Position numbers and translations under genes: made by a program
Notes under the pieces: generated by a model
Seen by the model: only the letters and a program-made list of their open reading frames with translations
Databases searched by the model: none
Told to the model about the DNA's origin: nothing
Assembly: GCA_963752285.1 (NCBI GenBank)
Contig: CAVVXN010000005.1
Span: 1,952,001 to 2,016,000, forward strand
DNA from: an uncultured Planctomycetota bacterium
GTDB lineage: Bacteria > Planctomycetota > PLA2 > JAEUHO01
Reading direction: 5' to 3'
Length of the DNA stretch: 64,000 bases
Shown: positions 1-9,470 of the stretch, piece after piece
Layout: every line of letters begins with the position of its first letter
Position numbering within the stretch: the first letter of the stretch is position 1

Positions 1-81
1 CAACCTGAGCCCCTCCTCGAACATCTTGCGGATCCAGGAGGCCTGGACGAGCGCTTCGCGGACGGCGTTCGAGATCGGCAT
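1..81 (-). CDS. PLP-dependent aminotransferase (aspartate aminotransferase-like), N-terminal fragment running off the window
   Basis: ATG at 81 translates to MPISNAVREALVQASWIRKMFEEGLRL; SWIRKMFEEG is typical of a class I/II aminotransferase subfamily. Confidence 0.7.
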   Translation of the reverse strand, partial: MPISNAVREALVQASWIRKMFEEGLRL

Positions 82-160
82 GGCGCGGGTGTAGCCCGAA
101 GCGTGGCGCGAGACAAGGCCGGTCGGTCGTTCCCTCGGGCAGGCCGGCCCCGACACGAGA

Positions 161-201
161 GCGCCGTCCCGGGCACCCCGTGGGGCGCGCCGGGACGGCG
201 C
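161..201 (-). terminator. GC-rich hairpin, probable terminator of the 227-1816 gene
   Basis: 12-bp stem GCGCCGTCCCGG (161-172) / CCGGGACGGCGC (190-201), 25 nt past the stop; weak U-tract. Confidence 0.5.
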
Positions 202-226
202 GATGCGTCGTCGGAGACGGGTTGGG

Positions 227-1816
227 CTACTTCGTGCCGAAGACGCGGTCGTAGCGGTAGTAGACCTCGAGGCACATGGCGAGGAGCGCCGTCGAGTAGA
301 CGCGGCCGCCGTCCGGGCCCCAGGGGTCGATCGGGTCCCAGGAACCCTTGTACATGCAGAAGTCCGTGTCGTGGCGCTGGTTGTCCACGACCGCGGTCTT
401 GAGCGCCTTGTTCCACGAGTCCCACTGCGAGCCACCGACCTGGTACATGGCGAGCGTCGCGTAGTACCAGTAGTACATGTCGATGCTGCCGTCGTTCGGG
501 TTCCAGCTCGGGGGCAGCTTCGAGCAGATGTCGGCGCCCTTCTTGATGACCTCGCTCTTGCGCGGGTCCTCGCCGATGAAGATGCGCGCCAGCATGCCGA
601 CGCCCGTCATCGACTCCGACTTGTCGCCCGGGAACTTGTCGATCAGCTCCATCGGCCGCGCCGGCTGGCCGCCGCGCTGCACGTACCCCGTGCGGCCGTA
701 CTCGTCGGTCATCTTGTCGATCCACGACTTAACGCCGTCGAAGGCCTCCTCGTCGATCACGAGGGGGTGCTGCTTGCCGCGGCCCTCGGCGTCCTTGTCG
801 ATGAGCTTCGCGCTCTTGAGCGCCATCATCATCCAGCCGGAGCAGGAGGTGTCGTTGTCGCCGGGCTTCACGCCGTAGCGCCACGCGAAGTACGGGTTCC
901 GGGCCAGCGCGATGAAGTCGAGGGCCTTCTGCGCCGAGCCCTTGAAGATCGGGCTCTCGGTCATGCCGTAGGCCTCGACCATCGCGAGCGACGCGGTCGC
1001 GTGGTTGTAGATGAAGTGCTGGCTCTGGCGGGGCCCGAAGCAGCCCTCGGGGTCCTGCACGTTCTTGAGATAGCGGAGGCCGCGCGCGACGACCTGCGCG
1101 AAGGGGTGCTTGCCGCGGTTCGTGTAGCCGGCGCCGAGGAACGCGCAGAGCGCGAGGCCCGTCACGCCCGGGTCGTACATGATCGGCTTCCCGAGGCCGT
1201 CGGGCCCCTGCGAGACCGGCTTGTAGTCGCACCACTTGTCGAAGCCGCCGGCTTCCCACGCGCCGCTCGGCGACTGGTGCGACGCGAGCCACTTGAGCGC
1301 GTCCTCGACGGCGCCCTGGGTCTTCTTGCCGCCGCCGCCGCTTCCGAGGTCGCGGTGACCGCCGCGCCCGCGGAACGCGCCGCCGGCACCGCCGCCGAGG
1401 CCGATCGCGCCGTTGTTGGCCGGGCCGGTGAAGGGGGCGTCCGAGATGCCGTCCTCACCGAGCGACTCCTCCGTCGGGAGGTCGTTGTCGGTCTCGACGT
1501 GGTCGGACTGGTCCTCGTTCTTGATCACGGGCTCGGGGGTGACGATGTCCTCCGGGTGGACCTCCTTCGTCTCCTCCGGAACCTCGGGAAGCTCTTCCTC
1601 CGGAGGCTTGTCGGTGGCCTTGATGGCGACCTGCGACGCGGGCGGTTCCTCCGCCGCGTGCTGCATGATCAGGCTCGCGATCACGAAGATGATCACGTGG
1701 ATCGCGATCGAGATCATCCACCAAGGCGCCTGTTTCAAGGCGTTGTAGAGCTGCTCGTTGAAGTCGCCCTGCGGGGCGAAGGCATCGAGGTGCTGTGCGC
1801 GCTGGTCCCGAGGCAT
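227..1816 (-). CDS. membrane-anchored prenyltransferase/squalene oxidase repeat protein
   Basis: N-terminal TM (WWMISIAIHVIIF), acidic linker, ALKWLASHQ..GAW, YYWYYATLAM, GSWDP..GGRVYSTAL motifs. Confidence 0.85.
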   Translation of the reverse strand: MPRDQRAQHLDAFAPQGDFNEQLYNALKQAPWWMISIAIHVIIFVIASLIMQHAAEEPPASQVAIKATDKPPEEELPEVPEETKEVHPEDIVTPEPVIKNEDQSDHVETDNDLPTEESLGEDGISDAPFTGPANNGAIGLGGGAGGAFRGRGGHRDLGSGGGGKKTQGAVEDALKWLASHQSPSGAWEAGGFDKWCDYKPVSQGPDGLGKPIMYDPGVTGLALCAFLGAGYTNRGKHPFAQVVARGLRYLKNVQDPEGCFGPRQSQHFIYNHATASLAMVEAYGMTESPIFKGSAQKALDFIALARNPYFAWRYGVKPGDNDTSCSGWMMMALKSAKLIDKDAEGRGKQHPLVIDEEAFDGVKSWIDKMTDEYGRTGYVQRGGQPARPMELIDKFPGDKSESMTGVGMLARIFIGEDPRKSEVIKKGADICSKLPPSWNPNDGSIDMYYWYYATLAMYQVGGSQWDSWNKALKTAVVDNQRHDTDFCMYKGSWDPIDPWGPDGGRVYSTALLAMCLEVYYRYDRVFGTK

Positions 1817-2023
1817 CGCTTGCTCCTGTCCGCCGGGCCCTACGGCCTGCGCGGCGTCCGTCCGCCGTGGATCCGGGTCCGCCTGGCCACCGGGCCCGTC
1901 GTTCGGCCTTCGGGGGTCCTTCCGGCCGGCGTCGGGCGATTGTAGGGGCGGACCCTGGCAGGACCAACGGGCGGGGCCCGGCCCGGGTTCAGCGAAACCC
2001 GCCGGCCCCCCGCGGCCGGACGG

Positions 2024-3274
2024 TCACCGGAACCGGACGAGCCGGTTCACCGGGTCCCGGTCGAGCTCCTCGAGCCGCCGCTGGGCCATGCCGACGATCG
2101 CGTCGGCCAGGTCGGGGGGCTGGACGACGCTCCGCGTGGTCAGGAGCTCGATCAGGCGCTGCTCGGCCAGGCGCTCCTGCCGGATCCCGCGGACCCGCTC
2201 CACGATCTTCTCGTACGCCTTCTCGTAGGGGATCCGCCGGGAGGGCCGGACCTCGTGGACCCCGAGGACCAGCGGGCCTTCCGCTTCGGCGAGCACCTTC
2301 ACGTCCCCCTGCTTGCGGCCCGGGGCGAGGAGCCAGGCGGCCGCGGCGTGGCCGAACTGGCGCTCCAGGCGGTCGGCGTCGTCCACGACCTCGGGGAAGT
2401 CGTTCCAGCGGGCCGGGCGGGGCAGGTCGTAGCGCTTCGCGAGCTCGGCGGCCGGGGTCCCGGCGGCGAAGGCGGCGGCGAGCGCCTCGGCGTCCTTCTG
2501 CGCCTTCTCCTCGGCCTCGAGGAAGCCGACGTCGTCGGTCAGGTAGCGGTCCACGGGGATCTGCCAGACCGCGAACTCGACCCCCGCCTTCTCGTCGAAG
2601 GCGCCCGGCGCGGTGAGGTAGATGCTCCGCGCCTCGGCGGGCGAGGGGTCGAGGTCCACCTGCGGGCGCCCCTTCGGGCCGATCCCGTGCGTCAGGCTCC
2701 GCATGTACAGCTCGACGAGGATGCTCTCGCGGACCTGGTCCTTGTACTCGTCCCGGGTCAGGTTCCGCTCGGCCAGGATCCGGGCCGGCGTCGTCTCGAC
2801 CCCCGTGTTCTTCTCGACCGCACGGACCTGGTCCTCGAGGTTCCGGTCCACGAACTCGTCGAGCTGCTGCGGCGGGATGTGGATGCCGATGCGCCGGGCC
2901 TCGTGGACGAAGATCAGGAGCTGGGAGCGCTCGAGGAGGCGCTGCCGGATCTTCTGGTCGTACTGCGACTCGGTCTCGGGCGGCACCCGCGGTCCCGCCT
3001 CCCGCACCAGCCGCCGCCGGGTGATCACCTCGCCGTCCACGACCGCGAGCTTCGCGTCGAGCTCCGTCCCCTGGGGCTCGGGCGGCGGCGCGTTGCTGTC
3101 GGACGTCGCGTACCGGTAGCCCGGCGGGAGGCAGGACGGGGTCGCCTCGTTCGCGTTGGGGCCGTTGGCCAGGTTCGCCGAGTGCTGGCAGGCGGCGAGC
3201 CCGACCAGGAGGAGGGCCGCGAGGCCCAGGCCCGCCAGCCGCTCCGGCCCCCACGCCCTCGCACGCGTCCGCAT
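2024..3274 (-). CDS. SurA/PpiC-like peptidyl-prolyl isomerase or chaperone lipoprotein
   Basis: lipobox LAAC; LAVVDGEVIT SurA N-domain start; AELAKRY parvulin-like segment; lies downstream of mfd. Confidence 0.65.
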   Translation of the reverse strand: MRTRARAWGPERLAGLGLAALLLVGLAACQHSANLANGPNANEATPSCLPPGYRYATSDSNAPPPEPQGTELDAKLAVVDGEVITRRRLVREAGPRVPPETESQYDQKIRQRLLERSQLLIFVHEARRIGIHIPPQQLDEFVDRNLEDQVRAVEKNTGVETTPARILAERNLTRDEYKDQVRESILVELYMRSLTHGIGPKGRPQVDLDPSPAEARSIYLTAPGAFDEKAGVEFAVWQIPVDRYLTDDVGFLEAEEKAQKDAEALAAAFAAGTPAAELAKRYDLPRPARWNDFPEVVDDADRLERQFGHAAAAWLLAPGRKQGDVKVLAEAEGPLVLGVHEVRPSRRIPYEKAYEKIVERVRGIRQERLAEQRLIELLTTRSVVQPPDLADAIVGMAQRRLEELDRDPVNRLVRFR

Positions 3275-3283
3275 CCGTTGAGA

Positions 3284-6200
3284 CTACCCGCCCCGGGGCC
3301 CTCGTCCCCGACCCGGGAGCGGTGCACGCGCCCGGGTCTCGGGACCCGTGGGACGAGACGCGGCCTCGAGGCGGGGGAGCGCCGTCTCGAGAACCGCGGG
3401 CGCGCCCCTGGCCTCGGGCGTCGGGAGGAACCACGACCGGGGTCCGATCGAGAAGAGCGGTCCCGAGGCGCGGAGGCGGTCGAGGTCCCGGCCCGGCGGC
3501 ACGTCGACGAGCAGGACGCCGGGCCGCTCGGCGGGGTCCACGCGCCGCGCGCCGAGACGTCCGGCGGCGATCCGGACGCGCTGCGCGAGGAGGAGGCGCT
3601 CGACCTCGGGCGGCCGGGGTCCGAAGCGGTCGAGGACCTCGGCGGCGACGTCGTCGAGCACCGCGGCGTCTCCGGCGCCGGAGATGCGGCGAAAGAGCCG
3701 GAACTTCTCGCGCGGGTCCGAGACGTAGGCGTCGGGGATGCCGCCCGGGAGGTCCACCGCGAGGTACGCGGGCTCGCCCTTCGGCCGCGGCTCGCCCCGC
3801 GCGTGGCGCACGGCGTCGGCCAGCAGCCGGCAGAAGAGGTCGTAGCCCACCGCCGCGATGTGGCCCGACTGCTCGGGGCCGAGGAGGTTTCCGGCGCCGC
3901 GGATCTCGAGGTCGCGCATCGCGATCCGGAAGCCCGCGCCGAGCTCCGAGTACTCCTCGACCGCCCGGATGCGCTCCGCCGCCTCGGGCCGCACGGGCCG
4001 GTCGGGGGGGAGGAGCAGGAGCGCGTGCGCGCGGCGGCGCTCGCGCCCCACGCGCCCGCGGAGCTGGTGGAGCTCGGCGAGCCCGTAGCGGTCGGCGTCG
4101 CGGAGCACGATGGTGTTGGCGTTCGGGATGTCGAGCCCCGACTCGACGATCGTCGTGGCGAGCATCACGTCCGCCTCGCCGCGCACGAACCGGAGCATGC
4201 GCGCCTCGACGCGCTCTTTCTCCATCTGGCCGTGGATCGAGACGATGCGCGCCTCGGGGACCATGGCGGAGATCCGCTTCGCGACGAGCGGCAGGTCTCG
4301 GATGCGGCTGTTCACCACGAACACCTGGCCGCCGCGGTCGATCTCGCGGCGCACGGCGTCGCCCACGACCTCGTCGCTCTCCCGGGCCACGACCGTCTCG
4401 ATCGGGTGTCGCCCGAGGGGAGGCGTGGTCAGGTTCGAGATGTCGCGGATGCCGAGGAGCGCCATGTGGAGCGTGCGCGGGATCGGAGTCGCGGAGAGCG
4501 TCAGGAGGTCCACCTCGGTGCGGATCGACTTGAGCCGCTCCTTCTGCTTCACGCCGAACCGCTGCTCCTCGTCCACGACGACCAGGCCGAGGTCCCGGAA
4601 CGAGACGTCCTTCCCGAGCAGCCGGTGCGTGCCGACGACGACGTCCACCGAGCCATCCGCGAGGCCCGCGAGCGTCCGCCGGTTGTCGCGCGCCGCGTGC
4701 AGGCTCGACAGCGGCCGCACGCGGATCGGGTACGGCGCGAGGCGCTGCGTGAACGTGCGGACGTGCTGCTCGCAGAGGACCTTGGTGGGGACGAGGACCG
4801 CCGCTTGGCGCCCCCCGGCGACGACGCGGAAGACCGCGCGGAGCGCCACCTCGGTCTTGCCGTAGCCCACGTCGCCGCAGAGGAGCCGGTCCATCGGCCG
4901 GTCCCCGCAGAGGTCCTCGTGGATCGCGCGTGTGGCCGACGCCTGGTCGGGCGTGTCGGGGTGGGGGAACGCGGCCTCGAACTCGGCCTGCCAGTCGCCC
5001 GGGACCGGGAGCGGCGACGTGGTGCGCCGCTGGCGCGCCGCGTGGGTCTCGAGCAGGTCCTCGGCGAGCTCCTCGACGGCGGCCTCGACCTTGGCCTTCC
5101 GGTGCCCCCACTCGGGGCTCCCGAGCTTCGAGAGGCGTGGCGTCCGCCCCGTCCCGACGTAGCGCTGCACGAGGTCGATGCGCGCGACCGGGACGTACAC
5201 CAGCGTCCCCTCGGCGAACTCCACCTTGAGGAACTCGCCGGACCCGTCCTTCCCCTCGAGCGTCACGAGCCCACGGAAGACGCCGATCCCGTGGTGCAGG
5301 TGCACGACGGGCTGGCCGAGCTCGAGCTCCAGGTAGTCCTGGATCGGGCGCCCGCGCGGGCCGGCGCGCCCGACGCGCCGCTCGCGCGCCGGCAGGTCGG
5401 CGAGGTCGTCGTACGCGACGTGCGCGGTACGCGTCGGCCCGAACACGAAGGAGTGGCTGAGCGACCCGCGGCGGAACGCGACCGGAACACCCGGCGCGTG
5501 CTCCTGGAAGAGCTCCCGCATGCGCTGCTCCTCGCCGGTCGCGCGCGCGTGCACCACGATCCGCTCCGCGCGCGCGGCGAGGTTCTCGAAGGCGCCGGCG
5601 ATGCGCTCGGTCCGCGCCGCGGGAGCCTCCTCGGCCCGGGCGCCCTCGAGGCCGTGGAGCGCGATGCCCTGGAGCGCGTCCACGCCGCCGACGTCCACGT
5701 CGAGGTCACCGGAGCGACCGAGCGGGAGCGAGGACACCTCGATCGACGGGCGGGGCGCGAGCGCGGCCTCGAGGCGCGAGAGCCCCGGCCCGGGCAGCCG
5801 GGTCGCGGCCTCGAGGAGGGCGTCGGGCTCGACCTTCGCGAGCCGGACGTCCGGCGGGAGGTGGTCGAAGAGGAGCGCGTCCTCTTCGGGGAGCGGATGG
5901 CGGAAGCGATCCGCGGGGAGGAGGAAGACGTGGACCCCGTCCCTCGGCTCGCCGCTCCGCTGGGTCGCGGGATCGAGCCCGCGGACCGACTCGATCTCGT
6001 CGCCGAAGAAGTCCACGCGCGCCGGGAGCTCGGCGCCGTAGCCCCAGACGTCGAGGACGCCGCCGCGCGCCGCGAACTCGCCCTCGGACTCGACCGCGCC
6101 GACGCGCACGTAGCCCGAGAGCGCGAGGTGCTCGAGGAGGGCCGTAAGGTTCTGCTCGTCGCCCACGTCGAGAGCGAGACGCGAGGCCGCCAGGGCCGCG

Positions 6201-6601
6201 GTGGCGGGAACGGGGTCGAGGAGCGCCGCGAGCGACGCGACCACCACCAGCGGCGCGCCGGTGGGCCCCGTCCCCAGGCATTCCGCCGCCTCGAGGACGC
6301 GGGCGCGCGCGTGCAGCACCTCGGGGTCGGGCGGCCCGGCGCCGTCGCCCCGCGGCCAGGCCGGAAACGGGAGCGAGGGCGCCGGGAGGAACGCATCCAC
6401 GTCCAGACGCAGGCGATCCAGGGCGTGCGCGTCCGCGACGAGGAGGACGAGCGCGCCCTCGCGCTCCGCGATCGCCGCGAGCACGAGGCCCGCGGCGCCC
6501 GCGTGAAGTCCCCCGACGCGGACGGACCCCTCCCGGCCGAGGAGGGCCTCGAGCGGGCCCGCCACGGTTCCGAGCGTTCGTAGAGGCGTCGGGCCTCGCA
6601 T
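3284..6601 (-). CDS. mfd: transcription-repair coupling factor
   Basis: CarD-like VVHLHHGIG, GDVGYGKTEV, DEEQRFGV, SATPIPRT, QLRGRVGR, RDLEIRGAGNLLG. Confidence 0.96.
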   Translation of the reverse strand: MRGPTPLRTLGTVAGPLEALLGREGSVRVGGLHAGAAGLVLAAIAEREGALVLLVADAHALDRLRLDVDAFLPAPSLPFPAWPRGDGAGPPDPEVLHARARVLEAAECLGTGPTGAPLVVVASLAALLDPVPATAALAASRLALDVGDEQNLTALLEHLALSGYVRVGAVESEGEFAARGGVLDVWGYGAELPARVDFFGDEIESVRGLDPATQRSGEPRDGVHVFLLPADRFRHPLPEEDALLFDHLPPDVRLAKVEPDALLEAATRLPGPGLSRLEAALAPRPSIEVSSLPLGRSGDLDVDVGGVDALQGIALHGLEGARAEEAPAARTERIAGAFENLAARAERIVVHARATGEEQRMRELFQEHAPGVPVAFRRGSLSHSFVFGPTRTAHVAYDDLADLPARERRVGRAGPRGRPIQDYLELELGQPVVHLHHGIGVFRGLVTLEGKDGSGEFLKVEFAEGTLVYVPVARIDLVQRYVGTGRTPRLSKLGSPEWGHRKAKVEAAVEELAEDLLETHAARQRRTTSPLPVPGDWQAEFEAAFPHPDTPDQASATRAIHEDLCGDRPMDRLLCGDVGYGKTEVALRAVFRVVAGGRQAAVLVPTKVLCEQHVRTFTQRLAPYPIRVRPLSSLHAARDNRRTLAGLADGSVDVVVGTHRLLGKDVSFRDLGLVVVDEEQRFGVKQKERLKSIRTEVDLLTLSATPIPRTLHMALLGIRDISNLTTPPLGRHPIETVVARESDEVVGDAVRREIDRGGQVFVVNSRIRDLPLVAKRISAMVPEARIVSIHGQMEKERVEARMLRFVRGEADVMLATTIVESGLDIPNANTIVLRDADRYGLAELHQLRGRVGRERRRAHALLLLPPDRPVRPEAAERIRAVEEYSELGAGFRIAMRDLEIRGAGNLLGPEQSGHIAAVGYDLFCRLLADAVRHARGEPRPKGEPAYLAVDLPGGIPDAYVSDPREKFRLFRRISGAGDAAVLDDVAAEVLDRFGPRPPEVERLLLAQRVRIAAGRLGARRVDPAERPGVLLVDVPPGRDLDRLRASGPLFSIGPRSWFLPTPEARGAPAVLETALPRLEAASRPTGPETRARAPLPGRGRGPRGG

Positions 6602-6634
6602 CAAGACGAGAGGCCGCGCCCGGGCAGGGCGTCG

Positions 6635-8293
6635 TCAGAGGCCGGCGTCGAAGCCGGGCTCCTCGTCCTTCTGCCGCGGGGGCGGACGCGGCGCGCGGCG
6701 GCGCGCAGCGACGTGGCTGGTGGGCGGCGGCGGCGCGGGCGGCGCGGGCGGCCCGCCCTTCGGCGCCGGCACGTCGAGACCGTTCGCGAACCCGTCGGGC
6801 GCGGCCGGGGGCCGGGCCGGCGGGGCGGGCGGCGGGCCGACCGGCGGGGCGGGCGGCGGGCCGACCGGCGCGGCGGCCGGCAAAACGGACGGCCGCGCGG
6901 GCGCGGCGCGTTCCGGCGCCCGGGGACGGCCGGTCCCCGGGCCGGGCGGCGGGGCGGCCTCCCGCCCGGGCGTCCGGTGGTCCCAGGCTCCGGTCGTCCC
7001 GGACCGCTCGGAAGGCCGGGCCCCCTCGGCGCGGTCGTGCGGCCGGGCGGCCCCCCGCGCATCGGAGGACCCGGACCTCTCAGACGGGCCGGGGCTCTCC
7101 GACGGGCCGGAGCTCCGGGAACGGTCGTGCGCCTCGGCGTGGCCGTTTCCGTCCACCTCGCGCGCGGGCTTCGTGCCCGGCCGGCCGCGGCGTCGGGTGG
7201 GCCGTCCCCGTCCCTCGGGCCGCGACGGCGCGTCCGGCGGCTCGGAACCGGTGTCGAACGCCGCGATCGGGTCCGCGTCCCCGCCGTCCTCCCGGGCCTC
7301 TCGGCCGGCGTCGAAGGGGCCGCCGTCCTCGGACCTGTCGTCCGCCGCGCCGTCGTGGGGCGGGTGGCGGTCGTCCAGCCCGCGTCCCGGCCCGGCCGCG
7401 CCGGCCGGCTCGGGCTCGCCACGTCCACGGCGACGACGCCGGCGGCGGGGCCCCTCCTCCGGCCCCTGGCCGGCCGGGACCGACGCGCCGGCAGGCGGCG
7501 GCGGGGTCGGCGCGGGGGGTTCCGCCCGGCTCGCGACGACCGGGACCTCTCCGACGTCCGACTCGGCGACATCGGCGACGGGCCCACTCCCGCCGCGGCG
7601 GCGGCGACCGCGCCCGCGGCGTTCCCACGCCTCGAGCGCGCGACGCGCGGCCTCCTGCTCGGCCTCCTTCTTCGTGGTGCCGGTGGCGCGGCCCCACTCG
7701 CGTCCGCGGATCAGCGCCGCGACGCGGAAGACCTTCTTGTGGTGGGGTCCCTCCTCCTCGAGCATGCGGTAGGTCGGGGTCGCGCCCGCGCCCTGCTGCA
7801 CCTCGTGCTGGAGGAGGCTCTTGTAGTTCTTGGCGCCTCGGTCGTTCAGCGTGTCCTCGAGCTCGGGGCCGAGGTGTCTGAGGACGAACTCCCGGGCCGG
7901 GTAGATCCCGGCGTCGAGGTAGATCGCCCCGATCACGCTCTCGACGAGGTTCGCGATGACGCTCACCGGGAGCTCGTTTCGCTTTCCGACACCCCGGGCG
8001 AAGCTCGCGAAGCCCGCGAGCCCGAGGTTCATCGAAGCGCGATACAGCGCGCCGCGCGAGACCACCGCCGACTTGATGCGGGTCAGCTCTCCCTCGGCCT
8101 GGTCGGGCAGCAGCCGGTAGAGCTCTTCGGTGACTACGAGCCCGAGAACCGAGTCGCCCAGGAACTCCAGGCGTTCGTTGCACTCCCGGTCCGGCGTCCT
8201 CAACGACGAGTGCGTGAGGGCCACCTCCAGGAGCTCGGGGTTCGCGAAGTGATGTCCGATGACCCGCTGGCACTCCGCCAGCCGATTCTCCAT
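6635..8293 (-). CDS. rnc: ribonuclease III with a long low-complexity C-terminal extension
   Basis: NERLEFLGDSVL signature, ESVIGAIYLD, dsRBD (NYKSLLQ..KKEAEQEAA) in the first ~225 aa. Confidence 0.92.
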   Translation of the reverse strand: MENRLAECQRVIGHHFANPELLEVALTHSSLRTPDRECNERLEFLGDSVLGLVVTEELYRLLPDQAEGELTRIKSAVVSRGALYRASMNLGLAGFASFARGVGKRNELPVSVIANLVESVIGAIYLDAGIYPAREFVLRHLGPELEDTLNDRGAKNYKSLLQHEVQQGAGATPTYRMLEEEGPHHKKVFRVAALIRGREWGRATGTTKKEAEQEAARRALEAWERRGRGRRRRGGSGPVADVAESDVGEVPVVASRAEPPAPTPPPPAGASVPAGQGPEEGPRRRRRRRGRGEPEPAGAAGPGRGLDDRHPPHDGAADDRSEDGGPFDAGREAREDGGDADPIAAFDTGSEPPDAPSRPEGRGRPTRRRGRPGTKPAREVDGNGHAEAHDRSRSSGPSESPGPSERSGSSDARGAARPHDRAEGARPSERSGTTGAWDHRTPGREAAPPPGPGTGRPRAPERAAPARPSVLPAAAPVGPPPAPPVGPPPAPPARPPAAPDGFANGLDVPAPKGGPPAPPAPPPPTSHVAARRRAPRPPPRQKDEEPGFDAGL

Positions 8294-8507
8294 CGAATCC
8301 GTGTCCGTGTCCTTGACTCCGCCGATGCGGGATGATGAGGTCCGTTTCGCCGAGGCGACCGCGTGGCGACCGCGCGGCGGGGAAGCACACGGGGACGGGA
8401 CCCGCCGCGGCCATTCGGCCAGACGCGCGGGCCCGGTCCTCGAGGGCCCCCATGGCGCGCCACCCTAGCACGGGATCTCCCCGGGCCCAGGAATCCGACG
8501 CGAACCC

Positions 8508-9470
8508 ATGCGACCCGACGACCGGCCCCCTCCCCCCCGCCGAGGCGCCCTCTCCCCCGGGTCCGGCCCGACGGCCGACGGTCCCGGTCCGGGCCCGAGG
8601 GTCTCCGTCGTGGTCCCGACGTACGAGCGCGCGGCCCTGGTCGTCGAGGCGGTAGCGAGCGTGCTCGGGGGAACGTTCGAGGACCTCGAGGTCCTCGTCG
8701 TGGACGACGGGTCCACGGACGACACGGGGGTACGCGTCCAGGCCCTCGCCGCGGACGACCCGCGGGTCCGCTACGTGAAACAGGAAAACGGGGGCGCCTC
8801 GAGCGCGCGGAACCGGGGTCTCGACCTCGCCCGGGGCGCGTACGTCGCGTTCCTCGACAGCGACGACCTCTACCTCCCCGGGCACCTCGCGTCGCAGGTC
8901 CGCGCGCTCGAAGCCAATCCCGAGGCCGACGTCGTCCTCTGCGACGCGCGCTACGAAGGCGGGTGGAAGGAGGACGGTCAGACGGTGTTCGGCCGTCGCC
9001 ACTTCCGCCCGCCGGTGGACCTGTGCGCGCTCCTCGACGGCGCGTGGGTGCTCCCCTCGACGCTCATGGCGCGGCGCGCGCGCATCGGCGACGTCCGTTT
9101 CGACGAGAGCTACCGCGTCTGCGAGGACCTCGAGTGGCTGTGCCACCTCTACGCCGCGGGGCTTCGCGGCGTCCTCAACCCGGAGGTCCTGACCCGGTAC
9201 CGCCGGCACGGCGCCCAGGCGAACGACGACGACGAGGGCATCCGGCTCGGGACGCTCCGCGTGCTCGAGGCGTACGCGGACCACGCCGGGCGGGTGGGCG
9301 CGCGGCTCCACCGCTACCAGGTCGAACGCCGCCGCGCGACGCACCTCGTCAAGACCGGACGCTGGCGCGAGGCGCGCCCGCACCTCGGGGCGTGGCTGCG
9401 GCGGCGATTCTCGTCGCGGGCGTTCCGGTGGTGGCTCAGGAGCCTCCTCGCGCGCCGCCGGGCGCCCTGA
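8508..9470 (+). CDS. glycosyltransferase family 2
   Basis: VSVVVPTY, VVDDGSTD, ARNRG, FLDSDD, EDLEW. Confidence 0.9.
   Translation: MRPDDRPPPPRRGALSPGSGPTADGPGPGPRVSVVVPTYERAALVVEAVASVLGGTFEDLEVLVVDDGSTDDTGVRVQALAADDPRVRYVKQENGGASSARNRGLDLARGAYVAFLDSDDLYLPGHLASQVRALEANPEADVVLCDARYEGGWKEDGQTVFGRRHFRPPVDLCALLDGAWVLPSTLMARRARIGDVRFDESYRVCEDLEWLCHLYAAGLRGVLNPEVLTRYRRHGAQANDDDEGIRLGTLRVLEAYADHAGRVGARLHRYQVERRRATHLVKTGRWREARPHLGAWLRRRFSSRAFRWWLRSLLARRRAP

Noticed and set aside
227..1816. Squalene-hopene cyclase
   Set aside because: It has a single barrel with an N-terminal TM and no DXDD motif, which fits the generic prenyltransferase-repeat family.
9436..9470. Convergent 3' overlaps (also 32546-32594)
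   Set aside because: Short tail overlaps are common in GC-rich genomes, and there is no sign of function.
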